Positions 46,841 through 57,649 are shown, counted from the stretch's first letter. The stretch is 64,000 bases of DNA from Arenicellales bacterium (GCA_963422685.1 OY730442.1:88460-152459); one strand, 5' to 3'. The notes: generated by a model from the sequence alone, not told the origin. Numbers and translations are program-made.

Positions 46841-47404
46841 TTAGCCGCCGCCTAACATTGCTTTTTTCAACGACTTTTGGGCGGGAGATTTTGCCAGCCA
46901 AATACCAAAAAGCGCTTTTTTGAATTCCAGGCCGCTTATTGTGGTTTTGTGCTGCCCATTTTTACCCACTGCAACCCCATCATCGGGCAGATAGACCATC
47001 TGGTAACGGTCTCCTTTTACAATCGGCTCCCGAAATACACTGATAAACGATTCAATTTCCCCGGATATCCGATCCAGGTTTCCATTGGTACTTTTTTCGA
47101 ATCCGGCCCGAGCTGCTTTTTCCATTTTGTCAGAGGTAATCAATCCTGACGTAATGACGAGCAGGAGGCCCATAGGTTCATCAGCGGAAATTATGGCGGG
47201 TCCATCACTGGATTTTTGCACCAGATACAACCCGGCGTGGTACAACGAAATCAACAACTTCTTGCGGACGCCCTGCCCATTCAACTGCAAATTAATGGAC
47301 CCGGCGCCCACTGTATCAGGGAAATCGTTTGCTGCCCCAATCGCCGTCGTCACCATGCCCGTTAACAACGTCAGAAAACTCAACAACCGTATTACTTTAC
47401 TCAT
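46841..47404 (-). CDS. secreted chalcone-isomerase-like (Chalcone_3) family protein
   Basis: Signal peptide MSKVIRLLSFLTLLTGMVTTAIGA. LQLNGQGVRKKLLISLYHAGLYLV matches the CHI-like bacterial family pattern as I recall it. Confidence 0.6.
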   Translation of the reverse strand: MSKVIRLLSFLTLLTGMVTTAIGAANDFPDTVGAGSINLQLNGQGVRKKLLISLYHAGLYLVQKSSDGPAIISADEPMGLLLVITSGLITSDKMEKAARAGFEKSTNGNLDRISGEIESFISVFREPIVKGDRYQMVYLPDDGVAVGKNGQHKTTISGLEFKKALFGIWLAKSPAQKSLKKAMLGGG

Positions 47405-48230
47405 AATTCACTCCTGCCTTATGCGGATTCGACCTGCCCCAGAATAATTTTCGTACAGATTCACTGTTTTCCATTCCCGGCTGCTCGCTGTAGCAGAATA
47501 CCGGTACAAGCCGGGGACGAGTTCCATGCACTTTTGTCACTCTATGCAGGGTTTCCCGGCCGCCAAAAATTAACAATGTGCCGGGTGTGAACGCCAATTT
47601 CACCACGTCCTCCCGGCCGCCATCCAGTATATCGGCAACAATGTGCCGTTCGTTGTCTGACCCACGAATTTTCGCCACATATTCAAACTCTCCGCCAGCT
47701 TCTGGTGGTTGCAGCATCAGGGTAATGGTGAACTCCGATTCATCGAAATGCCAGCCATGCTCTCCACCATCAACGAATACATTGATGCTACAGGCGCCAA
47801 ACGGGTCGCAGAATCGATACAACGTCTGCCTGCCCAGTACCGCCGCGATGAAATCCTTTAATGTATCCCATTGATACAGCCGGTTTATCAATGAATCCGG
47901 TTCAATTCGATCATAGGGAACCGACCCGACAAAAGTTGCCTGCATTTTGGTTTCAACCTGGCTGGAGTCACCGGATGGTTTGCCATGGCCCAGGTATGCG
48001 TTGTGGCTGCGGTTACAAAAGTAGGCGTGTCTGGAAAATGAATTTGCTTCCGCTGCCAGCTCGTCCAGTGCCCCGGGCAAAATAAAATCCGGGAACTCGC
48101 ACAATCCGCTTCGGGCATACATTTTTTGACAGGCCGCAATAAGTTCCTGCCGCAACCCGGGCTCACCCCCGGCAATTGGATACTGTTTTAAATTTACGGT
48201 TTGTTCGGGTCGGGTATTGGCAATGCGCAT
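47397..48230 (-). CDS. Fe(II)/2-oxoglutarate-dependent oxygenase
   Basis: Facial triad HFD (GEHGWHFDES) plus distal His (RETLHRVTKV). 277 aa. Its stop overlaps the CHI-like gene start by 8 nt. Confidence 0.75.
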   Translation of the reverse strand: MRIANTRPEQTVNLKQYPIAGGEPGLRQELIAACQKMYARSGLCEFPDFILPGALDELAAEANSFSRHAYFCNRSHNAYLGHGKPSGDSSQVETKMQATFVGSVPYDRIEPDSLINRLYQWDTLKDFIAAVLGRQTLYRFCDPFGACSINVFVDGGEHGWHFDESEFTITLMLQPPEAGGEFEYVAKIRGSDNERHIVADILDGGREDVVKLAFTPGTLLIFGGRETLHRVTKVHGTRPRLVPVFCYSEQPGMENSESVRKLFWGRSNPHKAGVNYE

Positions 48231-48330
48231 CGTCTTTATATTCTACCTGGACAGGCAAGGAACCGAAAATAGTATTGGCCCCGGTCCTGCTCAAGGATGA
48301 AATGCGCAAAGTCTGACCACTGCGGCATCC

Positions 48331-49587
48331 TTATCCCGGATGCGCTTGCGCCAATGCCCGGGTGAAGTCATCGATCAAATCCGGTTGGTCTTCAATGCCA
48401 ACGGACAGTCGAACCAAACCGTCGGCGATGCCCATGTCGGCACGGCGCCTGGCGCCCATTTCGTGGTAGATGGTATGCGCAACCGGGATCGCCAGAGTCC
48501 GGTTATCCCCCAGGTTGCTGGAAATCACCGCCACATTCAGCGCATTGAGAAAATCGAAGTAATTTATACCGGGCTTTACCTCGACACTTAAAATCGAACT
48601 GTAGGCGCGAAACAAATTTTTAGCGCGCCAGTGTTGTGGGTGACGGATTAATCCGGGATAAAAAACCTGATTAATGTCTGGATGAGAGTCAAAAAAATTC
48701 GCCAGCGCCAAGGCATTGGCGCAGGAACGGGTCATGCGCAAGGCCAATGTCTCGGACCCGACGGCCAACAGATGCGCACTTTCTGGTGACAGCGCTGCAC
48801 CAGCATCGCGCAAACCCTTTTTCCTGATTTGACGCAGCGCCCAGGATGCCGGGTCTGCGGTTTTATAGATCTGATGAATATTTTCACAGCGTGTCCAGTC
48901 GAATAGCCCGCAATCGGTCACCGCACCGCCCAAGGCATTGCCGTGGCCACCGATGTATTTGGTCAAAGAGTTGATTACCAGACTCGCTTTGACTTTGACA
49001 GGCAAAAACAGGTACGGCGTGGTCAGCGTATTGTCAACAATATAGATCAATCCATTTTGTTCACAAAAATCACCGATGCCCGCCAGATCGCTGACCTGGG
49101 TACAGGGATTGGCAATGGTTTCCACGAAAACCGCCCGGGTATTGGGTTTGTATGCAGCCCGGATGTTTTCAACCTCAGTGGCATCTACAAAGCTGACTTC
49201 AATGCTGAGGGATATCAGGGTTTTGAAAAAACTGTCCGTATTCCCGAACAGATATGAACTGGAAACAAGATGGTCGCCAGCGCGCAGCAGGGTTGTCATG
49301 GTTGCGGCGATGGCGGCCATGCCGGTGGAAAAGCAGACGCTTTCGATGCCGGTTTCCATTTGCGTGACTTTATCTTCCAGCGCCGCGATGGTCGGGTTTC
49401 CCTGACGGCCATAGGCGAAACCCTTCTCTTTACCCTGGAATACGGCTGCCAGGTCCCGCGCATCGGGATATCCGAATGCAACCGAATGGTGAACCGGTTT
49501 GTGCAGGGCGCCGTGCTCAATACTTTTATTGCGGTCGCTGTGCAGGATGGTTGTGGTAAAACCCGCTTTTCCGGTTTTTTCAATCAT
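48331..49587 (-). CDS. PLP-dependent O-acetyl/O-succinyl-homoserine sulfhydrylase family enzyme
   Basis: Cys/Met-metabolism PLP fold with YGRQGNPT and PLP-lysine motif NSLTKYIGGHG. It overlaps the DUF934 gene by 4 nt. Confidence 0.85.
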   Translation of the reverse strand: MIEKTGKAGFTTTILHSDRNKSIEHGALHKPVHHSVAFGYPDARDLAAVFQGKEKGFAYGRQGNPTIAALEDKVTQMETGIESVCFSTGMAAIAATMTTLLRAGDHLVSSSYLFGNTDSFFKTLISLSIEVSFVDATEVENIRAAYKPNTRAVFVETIANPCTQVSDLAGIGDFCEQNGLIYIVDNTLTTPYLFLPVKVKASLVINSLTKYIGGHGNALGGAVTDCGLFDWTRCENIHQIYKTADPASWALRQIRKKGLRDAGAALSPESAHLLAVGSETLALRMTRSCANALALANFFDSHPDINQVFYPGLIRHPQHWRAKNLFRAYSSILSVEVKPGINYFDFLNALNVAVISSNLGDNRTLAIPVAHTIYHEMGARRRADMGIADGLVRLSVGIEDQPDLIDDFTRALAQAHPG

Positions 49588-50105
49588 CCGGCCTGTTCCG
49601 GGTGGCGTGCATCGCGGATATACACTTCATTGTCGAGTATTGCAGAAGCGGGCTGATAAAATTCGCTAAAGAATTTCACCGTCCGCTCAAGCACGTCCGG
49701 GTCCGAGAAAGAATCAATCCCGCATCTGCGCAAAAATCGAACCTGGTCGGGTAGATAATCTCCGCTGGCCTGGAGTTCGCCCGAGAATCCCAGGTGATCC
49801 CGCAGCACCCGGGCCAGACTGAAAATGCGGCCGTCCACATAGGATTCTATGTTAATCACAATCCTGTCGGCCAGCATTAACGATTGGAAATTTTCATGCT
49901 CAACGGATAAATCCGTGTCAATGTTTACAGTCAGGTATCTTGCGGGACCTGCCTGCCTCCAACGGTGCAGCCGCGGAATGGATTCGATCCATTGCGGCCA
50001 GTCTACTGAAATTTCATCTCTCGCAAACCCACCGGCCGGTTCGTGGGAAAACTCACGGGAAAATTCGCGGGGAAATTCAGGGGCCGCTTCATTTTGTATA
50101 TTCAT
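49584..50105 (-). CDS. DUF934 protein (sulfite-reduction associated)
   Basis: VDGRIFSLARVLRDHLGFSGELQASGDYLPDQVRFLRRCGIDSF matches the DUF934 core as I recall it. It sits immediately downstream of cysI. Confidence 0.75.
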   Translation of the reverse strand: MNIQNEAAPEFPREFSREFSHEPAGGFARDEISVDWPQWIESIPRLHRWRQAGPARYLTVNIDTDLSVEHENFQSLMLADRIVINIESYVDGRIFSLARVLRDHLGFSGELQASGDYLPDQVRFLRRCGIDSFSDPDVLERTVKFFSEFYQPASAILDNEVYIRDARHPEQAG

Positions 50106-50133
50106 TGTCAGATTCTCCAGATTTCTTCAGGTT

Positions 50134-51789
50134 TTAATTGAAAGCAGGGTAAACCGCGTTTTTAAAAGGCGCCAGACCGACACGTTCCAGCACCTGGATA
50201 AAATCCTCATCAGGCTGGCGCTGCCCGGCATAGACATGCAGGATGTGCTCAATTACATCCACGATTTTGTCTTTCGGAAAGGCGGGACCGAGGCGTTGCC
50301 CGAGGCGGGCATCTTCTGCAGCGGAGCCGCCGAGCGTGATCTGATACCACTCTTCACCTTTTTTATCCACGCCCAGAATGCCGATGTGACCCACGTGGTG
50401 ATGACCGCAGGCGTTCATACATCCGGAAATTTTTATCTGGATGTCACCCAGGGAGTGAACCCTGTCCAGATCCTTGAAACGTTGATTTATCTCATGCACC
50501 AGTGCAATAGAGGTGGCGTTGGCAAGGCTGCAAAAGTCAAGGCCCGGGCAACAGATAATATCGGTTAACGTGGCGATATTAGGGGTAGCCAGATTCAGCG
50601 GATTCAATGCTTTCCACAGCTCGTGCAAATCCGCTTCGAGCACGTGGGGGAGCAATAAATTTTGCGTGTGCGTGGTCCTGATTTCCCCAAAAGAATAGCG
50701 CTCGGAGAGATCCGCCACGGCTTCCATCTGGTCGGCGGTAATGTCGCCGGGGGGTATGCCAGGCGCTTTAAGCGATAAATACACGGTGCGGTAACCCGGC
50801 TTTTTATGGGCGGTTGTATTTTGTTTTATCCATTGGGAAAACAGTGGATTTCCGGTCAGGCCGGATTCCACGTTTGAAGACGCCAGTCCATCCACCAGCG
50901 GTGGCCAGCGAAAGTGCGATTTCATTTGATCAATTTCCCGGGTATGGAGTTGTAATCCGGTTTGCCTGATCCTTTGCCATTCGCTCTCCACCATGGCTTT
51001 AAATGGTTCAATACCAATGGCTTTGACCAGTATTTTGATGCGCGCCTTGTATTTGTTATCCCGCCTGCCAAGCAGGTTATAAACCCGCAGAATCGCTTCA
51101 AGATAAGACAACAAATCCTTTTTCGCTAGAAACCGGTTAATCAGGACGCCAATTATGGGGGTTCGGCCCTGGCCGCCGCCCACATAAATTTTGAATCCGG
51201 TTTCTCCTGACGGATTGGTGGTCAGGTGAATGCCGATGTCGTGAAATTGGGAGGCGGATCGGTCCCGGGCCGCGCCCGTCACCGCGATCTTGAATTTTCG
51301 CGGTAAAAAACTGAATTCAGGATGCAGCGTTGACCACTGCCGAATCAGTTCGCAATACGGTCTTGGGTCTTCGATTTCATCGGGATTGATGCCGGCCAGG
51401 TGGTCGGTGGTGGTGTTGCGAATACAATTTCCGCTGGTTTGCACCGCGTGCATTTGCACAATGGCCAGGTCTTCCAGGATATCTGGAACCCGCTCTAACT
51501 GCGGCCAGTTGTACTGGATATTCTGTCGCGTGGTAATGTGCCCGTAACCGCGATCATAGGCCCGGGCGATGTGTGCCAGTCTGCGCATCTGCTCGGCGGA
51601 CAGTTCACCGTAGGGTATGGCGACCCGCAGCATCGGCGCATGTAATTGCTGATAGAGTCCGTTCATCAGGCGTAATGATTTGAACTGATCTTCGGTTAAT
51701 TCCCCGCACAGAAAACGATCCGTTTGCTGACGAAATTCTGCAACCCGCTGGTCGATCAGGCGTTGGTCGTGCTCGTCATATTGATACAT
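50134..51789 (-). CDS. cysI: assimilatory sulfite reductase hemoprotein (nitrite/sulfite reductase family)
   Basis: Siroheme/4Fe-4S motifs ICCPGLDFC and SGCMNACGHHHVGHIGILG. 551 aa. Confidence 0.9.
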   Translation of the reverse strand: MYQYDEHDQRLIDQRVAEFRQQTDRFLCGELTEDQFKSLRLMNGLYQQLHAPMLRVAIPYGELSAEQMRRLAHIARAYDRGYGHITTRQNIQYNWPQLERVPDILEDLAIVQMHAVQTSGNCIRNTTTDHLAGINPDEIEDPRPYCELIRQWSTLHPEFSFLPRKFKIAVTGAARDRSASQFHDIGIHLTTNPSGETGFKIYVGGGQGRTPIIGVLINRFLAKKDLLSYLEAILRVYNLLGRRDNKYKARIKILVKAIGIEPFKAMVESEWQRIRQTGLQLHTREIDQMKSHFRWPPLVDGLASSNVESGLTGNPLFSQWIKQNTTAHKKPGYRTVYLSLKAPGIPPGDITADQMEAVADLSERYSFGEIRTTHTQNLLLPHVLEADLHELWKALNPLNLATPNIATLTDIICCPGLDFCSLANATSIALVHEINQRFKDLDRVHSLGDIQIKISGCMNACGHHHVGHIGILGVDKKGEEWYQITLGGSAAEDARLGQRLGPAFPKDKIVDVIEHILHVYAGQRQPDEDFIQVLERVGLAPFKNAVYPAFN

Positions 51790-52228
51790 GATTCACCCCG
51801 ACCCTGCTGGATTGGTTGCTCTGGATTAATTTGAACTTGAACATATCTCCTCGCGCATAAGTTTGATTAAACGAACAGCGAGGTATTCAATATGCAGCGC
51901 GGTTGATTAACGCGCATCCCCCTCGCCGGGTATGACGGGGCGGGGAGTGGTGGGTTTAGATGGAGGGTATTTTCAGAATTGTGAAGTTGGTTGATTTACC
52001 CATGCCCTGACCGCGCACTCCCCCTGATACAGGAGCAGCACATCATGATCATGCAGCAACACATCTGCGCGACGCGAACCATCGCGGGAATGCTGGTAGC
52101 TAAACTGGCTTGGATCAACTTCATAGGCGGATACTAGCAACCTTATGCGGGGTTGGCAAGCCGCTATCCCGGCAATTATCCGGGTTCAATACTTTTTCAG
52201 CCAATTGAATTTACACAAATATGGCCAT

Positions 52229-55200
52229 CTAGTCGCTTAACAGATTAACGCCGTCCATTCTGCCCGGCAAACGCCCGGGTTTGCGCAACCAGGGACGCAT
52301 GATCAGACGATACAGCAAAGGTATATAGAACAAGGTCAACAGGGTGGAGACGGTGAGTCCCCAGACCATGGAGGCGGCTACCGGACCCCATAGTAATGAA
52401 TGACCGCCAAGACCGGTTGCCAGGGAAAACAGTCCGGCAATAGTGGTCAGGGATGTGATCAGTATGGGGATGACTCTGCGCCGGGATGCAAAAATAATTG
52501 CATTGCTCAGGGTCATGCCGTGGCGTAGTCTTGCATTCGCGGTTGAGATTAAAACGATGGCCGCATTGACCGATATCCCGGCCAGGGCCACTACGCCGTA
52601 CAGTGTATAGAGGCTAAGCGGATAACGCGAAACGAACAACCCCAGCAGCACACCGGTGGCCGCCATGGGCACGGTCATGATTATCAGGAATGGCTGAAAA
52701 TAGCTGCGAAACTGGGTGCCCAAAATCAGGTATATTAATCCGAGCCCCATCAGGAATAATAATCCCATCGTATACAGGCTGTCGTAGAGGTCGTCCAGCA
52801 GCCCACTGAAATCCAGATCCACATTCGGATAACGATGTTGAATGGTTTGCCAGAATTCCTTTATCAAATTATTGGCCTTGAATTCATCCGTAATATTTTT
52901 GTCGATGTCCGCTTCAAGGGTGATGTTTCTTCGGTAGTTATAATGCCGGATGTTGTGGGAGCTGCTGGTAAAAGAGGGATTCACCAGTTGTCTGAGCGGA
53001 ATCAGCGAGCCATCGGTGGTAGGCAGTCTGAATTCCAGTAGCTGATCAATTTGTTCAAGTTGGTTATCGGCTTTTAACCGAATATCGATTTTCTCGCCGA
53101 GGTGACGGAAACTGGTAATGATCTCCCCATCCACCAGCAACCGCAGGGTGCGTGAGATGATATTCGGGCTGATCCCGGTTCTTTGTACCGCAGCGCTGTT
53201 GATCGACAGATCCAGGGTGTTTTGGCCAGGCACGTTGTCATCGGATATCTCCCTGAACTCGTTCCGTGCGGACATGAACTGTTTTAGTTCTTTGGTCGCG
53301 GCAATGATCCGTTCGCGATTATTTCCCCTGACTTTGACACTGATCGCCCGGGTCACCGGCGGCCCGCCGGCGAGCCGTAGAAATGACAACTGATTGATAC
53401 CCGGGATGGCGTTGACCTCGGCTTTCATCGACTCAATCACCGCATCCACTGACCGATTGGATTCGGTCTTCGGTTTCAGCGACACCAGTATCTGGCCATA
53501 CTGATCCCCGAACAGCGCCTCGGTTTGCGTGAGCAGTTCTCCGGCATAACTCACCACAGAACGGGACTCTCCAGGTTCGATACGCGATAAAACCGAGCGC
53601 TCCACTTCCAGCACTTTTTCCATGGTGGCGTTCAGCTCTGTTCCCGCCGGCATTTCGATATTTATGTAAAACAACCGGATCGGGTCGCTGGCAAAGAAAT
53701 CCAGTTTGATTTTTTCCAGGTAGACAATACTGATTGAGCCGGCGAACAAAACCAGTAATGTGGCGAGCGCAATAACCGGATGGCGGAATACTTTGACTAG
53801 GGTTCGAACATAATTGATTCGTATCCAGCGCTGCAGGCGTTCCCGCAGCAGGTGCACTTTTGACGGTTTATCGAATTTCACCTGCAATGCAATGATATGC
53901 GCCGGTAACAACCAATAAGCTTCGACCAGACTGATAACCAGTGCCACAGTGACCACCATCGGTATAACCAGCATGAATTTCCCGAGGATGCCCGGCAGCA
54001 GCATTAAAGGTAGAAATGCGGCTATCGTGGTCAATACTGCGGTGGTCACTGGCGCCACGACCTCCAGGAGTCCAGTCATTGCCGCATTCAGTGTGGAGGC
54101 GCCGCGCTGGAGGCGGTAGTAGATCGCTTCAACCACCACCACTGCGTCGTCCACCAGCATACCCAGGCTGATCACCACACCCAGCAATACGGTGACATTC
54201 AATGTCTGTCCCACACTGCTCAAAAACCAAAACGTGCCAGCGAGAATGAAGGGGATGGCGATGCCGGTCAGTAATGCGATGCGTGTTCCAAGAAAAGTCC
54301 AGGTTACCAAAAACACCATGATCAATCCCAGCATGGCATTGGTCTGCATCACCTTCAGCGCATCCCGGGTGATTTGTGTCTGGTCATCCACCAGGGTCAC
54401 GGTTATACCAGTGCTATGGTACAGCGGTTTTCTGTGCCGGATAAAATTCGAGATTCTTTCGACTAGCTGTAATATATTTTGCTTTTCCTGTTTGGTGATG
54501 GCCAGCAGCACAGCAGGGTTCTGGTTGAATCGAACCAATTGTCGGGCGGGTTCTTTGGCATGGATGATTTCTGCCACTTCTTTTAGTGTGATTTCGCCGC
54601 TTTTGGCAAGCAGGGGCAAGTCGCCCAGGTATTCCAGGTCGTAACGGCTGCCGGTAATCTTTATCGCCCAGTTGTTTTTTGCAACATCTACCGTTCCAGC
54701 AGAAATATTCTGGAAGTAAAGCCGAACGGTATTAGCAATATCAACTGGGCTTATACCGTATTTTTCGAGCAGTTCCGGCTTGAAAATAATATGAATTTCC
54801 GGGTTGGACAAACCATTTTCCAATATACGTCCGACGCCTTTGAGCTGCTCCAGATCCTGCATAACCAAGGTGGCCTGACGCCGCAGGTTCTCATCATCCG
54901 CAACTGCGCTGACTACCACCGTGGCTGTGGGAAAGGCATTGGCCGTGGTGATTTCAAAAATAAACGGATCCGATGCCACATCGGGCAGTTGCTCTTCTAC
55001 CCCTTTGATTTCCCGACGCAGGTCGGCAACCCGTTTATCAAACACCCGGGTAGATATTTCGTCGAACCGGATCAGGATGGATGAAATACCTTCCCGGCTG
55101 TTGCTCGATACGAATTTGATATCCGATACTTTGCGAATAACATCTTCAAGCACGTTGGTAACCTGTTTTTCAACATCCGATGTGGACGCGCCAGGATAAG

Positions 55201-55342
55201 CGGTTGTGATATCTATCCAGTTAAAGTTGATGGTCGGGTCCTGCTGTCGGGGCATGAGCAGGTAAGCACTCACCCCCATGATCATGACCAGCATAAATAA
55301 CAGGTTTGCCAGCACATGATTTTCGAGTATGCGTTGGAACAT
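52229..55342 (-). CDS. RND efflux transporter, inner-membrane permease (AcrB family)
   Basis: 1037 aa with 12-TM AcrB architecture. Confidence 0.9.
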   Translation of the reverse strand: MFQRILENHVLANLLFMLVMIMGVSAYLLMPRQQDPTINFNWIDITTAYPGASTSDVEKQVTNVLEDVIRKVSDIKFVSSNSREGISSILIRFDEISTRVFDKRVADLRREIKGVEEQLPDVASDPFIFEITTANAFPTATVVVSAVADDENLRRQATLVMQDLEQLKGVGRILENGLSNPEIHIIFKPELLEKYGISPVDIANTVRLYFQNISAGTVDVAKNNWAIKITGSRYDLEYLGDLPLLAKSGEITLKEVAEIIHAKEPARQLVRFNQNPAVLLAITKQEKQNILQLVERISNFIRHRKPLYHSTGITVTLVDDQTQITRDALKVMQTNAMLGLIMVFLVTWTFLGTRIALLTGIAIPFILAGTFWFLSSVGQTLNVTVLLGVVISLGMLVDDAVVVVEAIYYRLQRGASTLNAAMTGLLEVVAPVTTAVLTTIAAFLPLMLLPGILGKFMLVIPMVVTVALVISLVEAYWLLPAHIIALQVKFDKPSKVHLLRERLQRWIRINYVRTLVKVFRHPVIALATLLVLFAGSISIVYLEKIKLDFFASDPIRLFYINIEMPAGTELNATMEKVLEVERSVLSRIEPGESRSVVSYAGELLTQTEALFGDQYGQILVSLKPKTESNRSVDAVIESMKAEVNAIPGINQLSFLRLAGGPPVTRAISVKVRGNNRERIIAATKELKQFMSARNEFREISDDNVPGQNTLDLSINSAAVQRTGISPNIISRTLRLLVDGEIITSFRHLGEKIDIRLKADNQLEQIDQLLEFRLPTTDGSLIPLRQLVNPSFTSSSHNIRHYNYRRNITLEADIDKNITDEFKANNLIKEFWQTIQHRYPNVDLDFSGLLDDLYDSLYTMGLLFLMGLGLIYLILGTQFRSYFQPFLIIMTVPMAATGVLLGLFVSRYPLSLYTLYGVVALAGISVNAAIVLISTANARLRHGMTLSNAIIFASRRRVIPILITSLTTIAGLFSLATGLGGHSLLWGPVAASMVWGLTVSTLLTLFYIPLLYRLIMRPWLRKPGRLPGRMDGVNLLSD

Positions 55343-55351
55343 TATTTAAAA

Positions 55352-56416
55352 CTAATCGATTATGACCGCATCACCATCAGCCAGTCCGAATCGTCCATCG
55401 GTAATGATGCGGGTGTCAGGGTCCATTACCACTGCAGCGGGTTGTCCCTGCTTTGCCCCGGGGATAGTCACAAATCGAGCCACAGCGCCATCATCCACGG
55501 AATCATCAATAATAAAAACACCATTTTGATTATTACGGGCCAGGATGAAAGGTGCGGGAAGGATGTTTCCAGACAGCGACCACTGCAATCTTCCGATGGC
55601 GCCAACCGGCGGCTTCAGATCGATAAAATCCAGGCGCATGTGCTGGCTTTGCGTGGTAGTGTCGATTACCGGCAGAGTAGCTCTGGTGGATACCGGAAAT
55701 GTTTGACCCTGAAACAAAAACAACAGGGAGTCCGAACTGATTATGGGATCAATTTCGGTATGACCTACCCGGGCACTGAGTTCGATATTATCGGTGTCCA
55801 CCACTGAAACGATTGCACTGCCAGGCGTCACAAAGTTGCCGACCTCGCTGTGAACCCGGGTGACGACACCGGAAAATGGAGCATGAATCCGGCATTTCTC
55901 AACCTGCCGTTCGGCCATATTAATGGCGATTGACTGCCCTTTTATTTGTGCAGACACCACGTTCAGCTCAGCCTGTTTTTGATTTACCTGCTCTTCGGAG
56001 GCGTTGTTGCTGAGCCGGAGTTTGTTGAGTCGGTCGAGTTGTTGCCGTGCCAAAACCCGGCTGGAGGAGAGTGCGGACAACTCGGCCCCAGATTGTTGCA
56101 GAGCCAGTTGGTTGTCCGAGCAATCGAGTTCCGCGATTAATTCATCCTTGTGGATGGTATCGCCAACCAGTAAAGGCAGCTCAACCACCGTGCTGGTCAA
56201 TTGAGAGGAAATGGTGGCCTGGCGCAGACTGATCACTTCTGCCGGAACAGAGCGATTTACCGGAATCTTTATTTGATGCAAAGGCTCGGCTTGCACCCGG
56301 GACTGCGCAAAGGCAGAAGACATCGGCAAACCGGCTATCAGCAGCCCGCTGAAAAGCAGGATTCTGCGCGGGTCGATATTAATCGTTTTCATATTGTTCC
56401 GATTCTCCAGATACAA
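55352..56416 (-). CDS. RND efflux membrane-fusion (periplasmic adaptor) protein
   Basis: Signal/anchor, coiled-coil hairpin and beta-barrel layout, directly upstream of the RND pump. The start may be the internal Met (MKTINID). Confidence 0.85.
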   Translation of the reverse strand: MYLENRNNMKTINIDPRRILLFSGLLIAGLPMSSAFAQSRVQAEPLHQIKIPVNRSVPAEVISLRQATISSQLTSTVVELPLLVGDTIHKDELIAELDCSDNQLALQQSGAELSALSSSRVLARQQLDRLNKLRLSNNASEEQVNQKQAELNVVSAQIKGQSIAINMAERQVEKCRIHAPFSGVVTRVHSEVGNFVTPGSAIVSVVDTDNIELSARVGHTEIDPIISSDSLLFLFQGQTFPVSTRATLPVIDTTTQSQHMRLDFIDLKPPVGAIGRLQWSLSGNILPAPFILARNNQNGVFIIDDSVDDGAVARFVTIPGAKQGQPAAVVMDPDTRIITDGRFGLADGDAVIID

Positions 56417-56503
56417 TCCAGAATAACCTTAACACGTCAATCCGTGGATATATCGATTGCCGCACGGCAGCCCGGTGCGCAAACACCGCGTTTCTCCCAA
56501 AGG

Positions 56504-57649
56504 TTAGAAACGATCCAGAATTCTTAACATTCTGCGCAGCGGCTCCGCCGCTCCCCAAAGCAACTGGTCACCCACCGTAAACGCGGATATATACCCACGG
56601 CCCAGGTTTAACCTGCGAATACGGCCCACGGGAATATTTAATGTGCCGCTGACAAATACCGGGGTTAGTCTGGCCAGGGAGGATTCCCGGGTATTTTCGA
56701 TCACCGAAACCCAATGGTTGCCCCGGGCGAATATTTGCTCCAGTTCGTCCAGCGGCAAATCCTGTTTGAGTTTAATGGTGAAGGATTGACTGTGGCAGCG
56801 CATGGTTCCCACCCGGATGCAAGTGCTTGCGATGGGAATCGGACCATCATTGCGGCCAAGAATCTTGTTGGCTTCCGCAGAACCTTTCCATTCTTCCCGA
56901 CTGGTGCCGGAGTCCAGGTCTTTATCAATCCAGGGCAGCAAACTGCCGGCCAGCGGCACACCGATTTCCCCGATGGGCAGTTGGTCTGAACGGATGGCAT
57001 CAATTACAGCTTTATCAATATCCAGAATTGAACTGACAGGATTTTCCAATAACGCGCTGGCAGCCCGGTTTATCGTCCCCATTTGCGCTATCAATTCGCG
57101 CATCTGACGAGCACCGCCACCGGATATGGCCTGATAAGTGGAAACAGAAATCCATTCCACCAAACCGGTTCCGTCGGTCCCGGGCAAATCCGCATTAAGC
57201 AAACCATCCAAAGCCATCATCATCAGGCTTACCGTGCAATTGCCGCCGATGAAGTCTTTTTGGCCACGGGCAAGGCCCTGCTCAATCACCGGCAGATTGA
57301 CTGGGTCAAGAATGATGGTGGAATCCGTTGCCATCCTCAAGGTAGAGGCCGCATCTATCCAGTAACCTGCCCAACCTCGCTGGCGGAGTTTTGCATGTAC
57401 TTTCGTGGTGTAATCACCGCCCTGACAGGTGACGATTGCATCCAGAGTTGCCAAAGAATCTAGATCAGTTGCATCCCCAAGGGGACGAATCGCTCTATCG
57501 ATATCCGGGCCTGGCTGCCCGGTCTGGGATGTGGTATAAAAAACCGGCTGGTCAATCATTGCAAAATCATTTTCTTCGATCATTCTTTGCAGAAGTACCG
57601 AACCGACCATGCCCCGCCATCCAACAAACCCGACCCTATTCAGTTTCAT
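56504..57649 (-). CDS. asd: aspartate-semialdehyde dehydrogenase
   Basis: VGFVGWRGMVGSVLLQRM N-terminus typical of gammaproteobacterial Asd. 381 aa. Confidence 0.9.
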   Translation of the reverse strand: MKLNRVGFVGWRGMVGSVLLQRMIEENDFAMIDQPVFYTTSQTGQPGPDIDRAIRPLGDATDLDSLATLDAIVTCQGGDYTTKVHAKLRQRGWAGYWIDAASTLRMATDSTIILDPVNLPVIEQGLARGQKDFIGGNCTVSLMMMALDGLLNADLPGTDGTGLVEWISVSTYQAISGGGARQMRELIAQMGTINRAASALLENPVSSILDIDKAVIDAIRSDQLPIGEIGVPLAGSLLPWIDKDLDSGTSREEWKGSAEANKILGRNDGPIPIASTCIRVGTMRCHSQSFTIKLKQDLPLDELEQIFARGNHWVSVIENTRESSLARLTPVFVSGTLNIPVGRIRRLNLGRGYISAFTVGDQLLWGAAEPLRRMLRILDRF

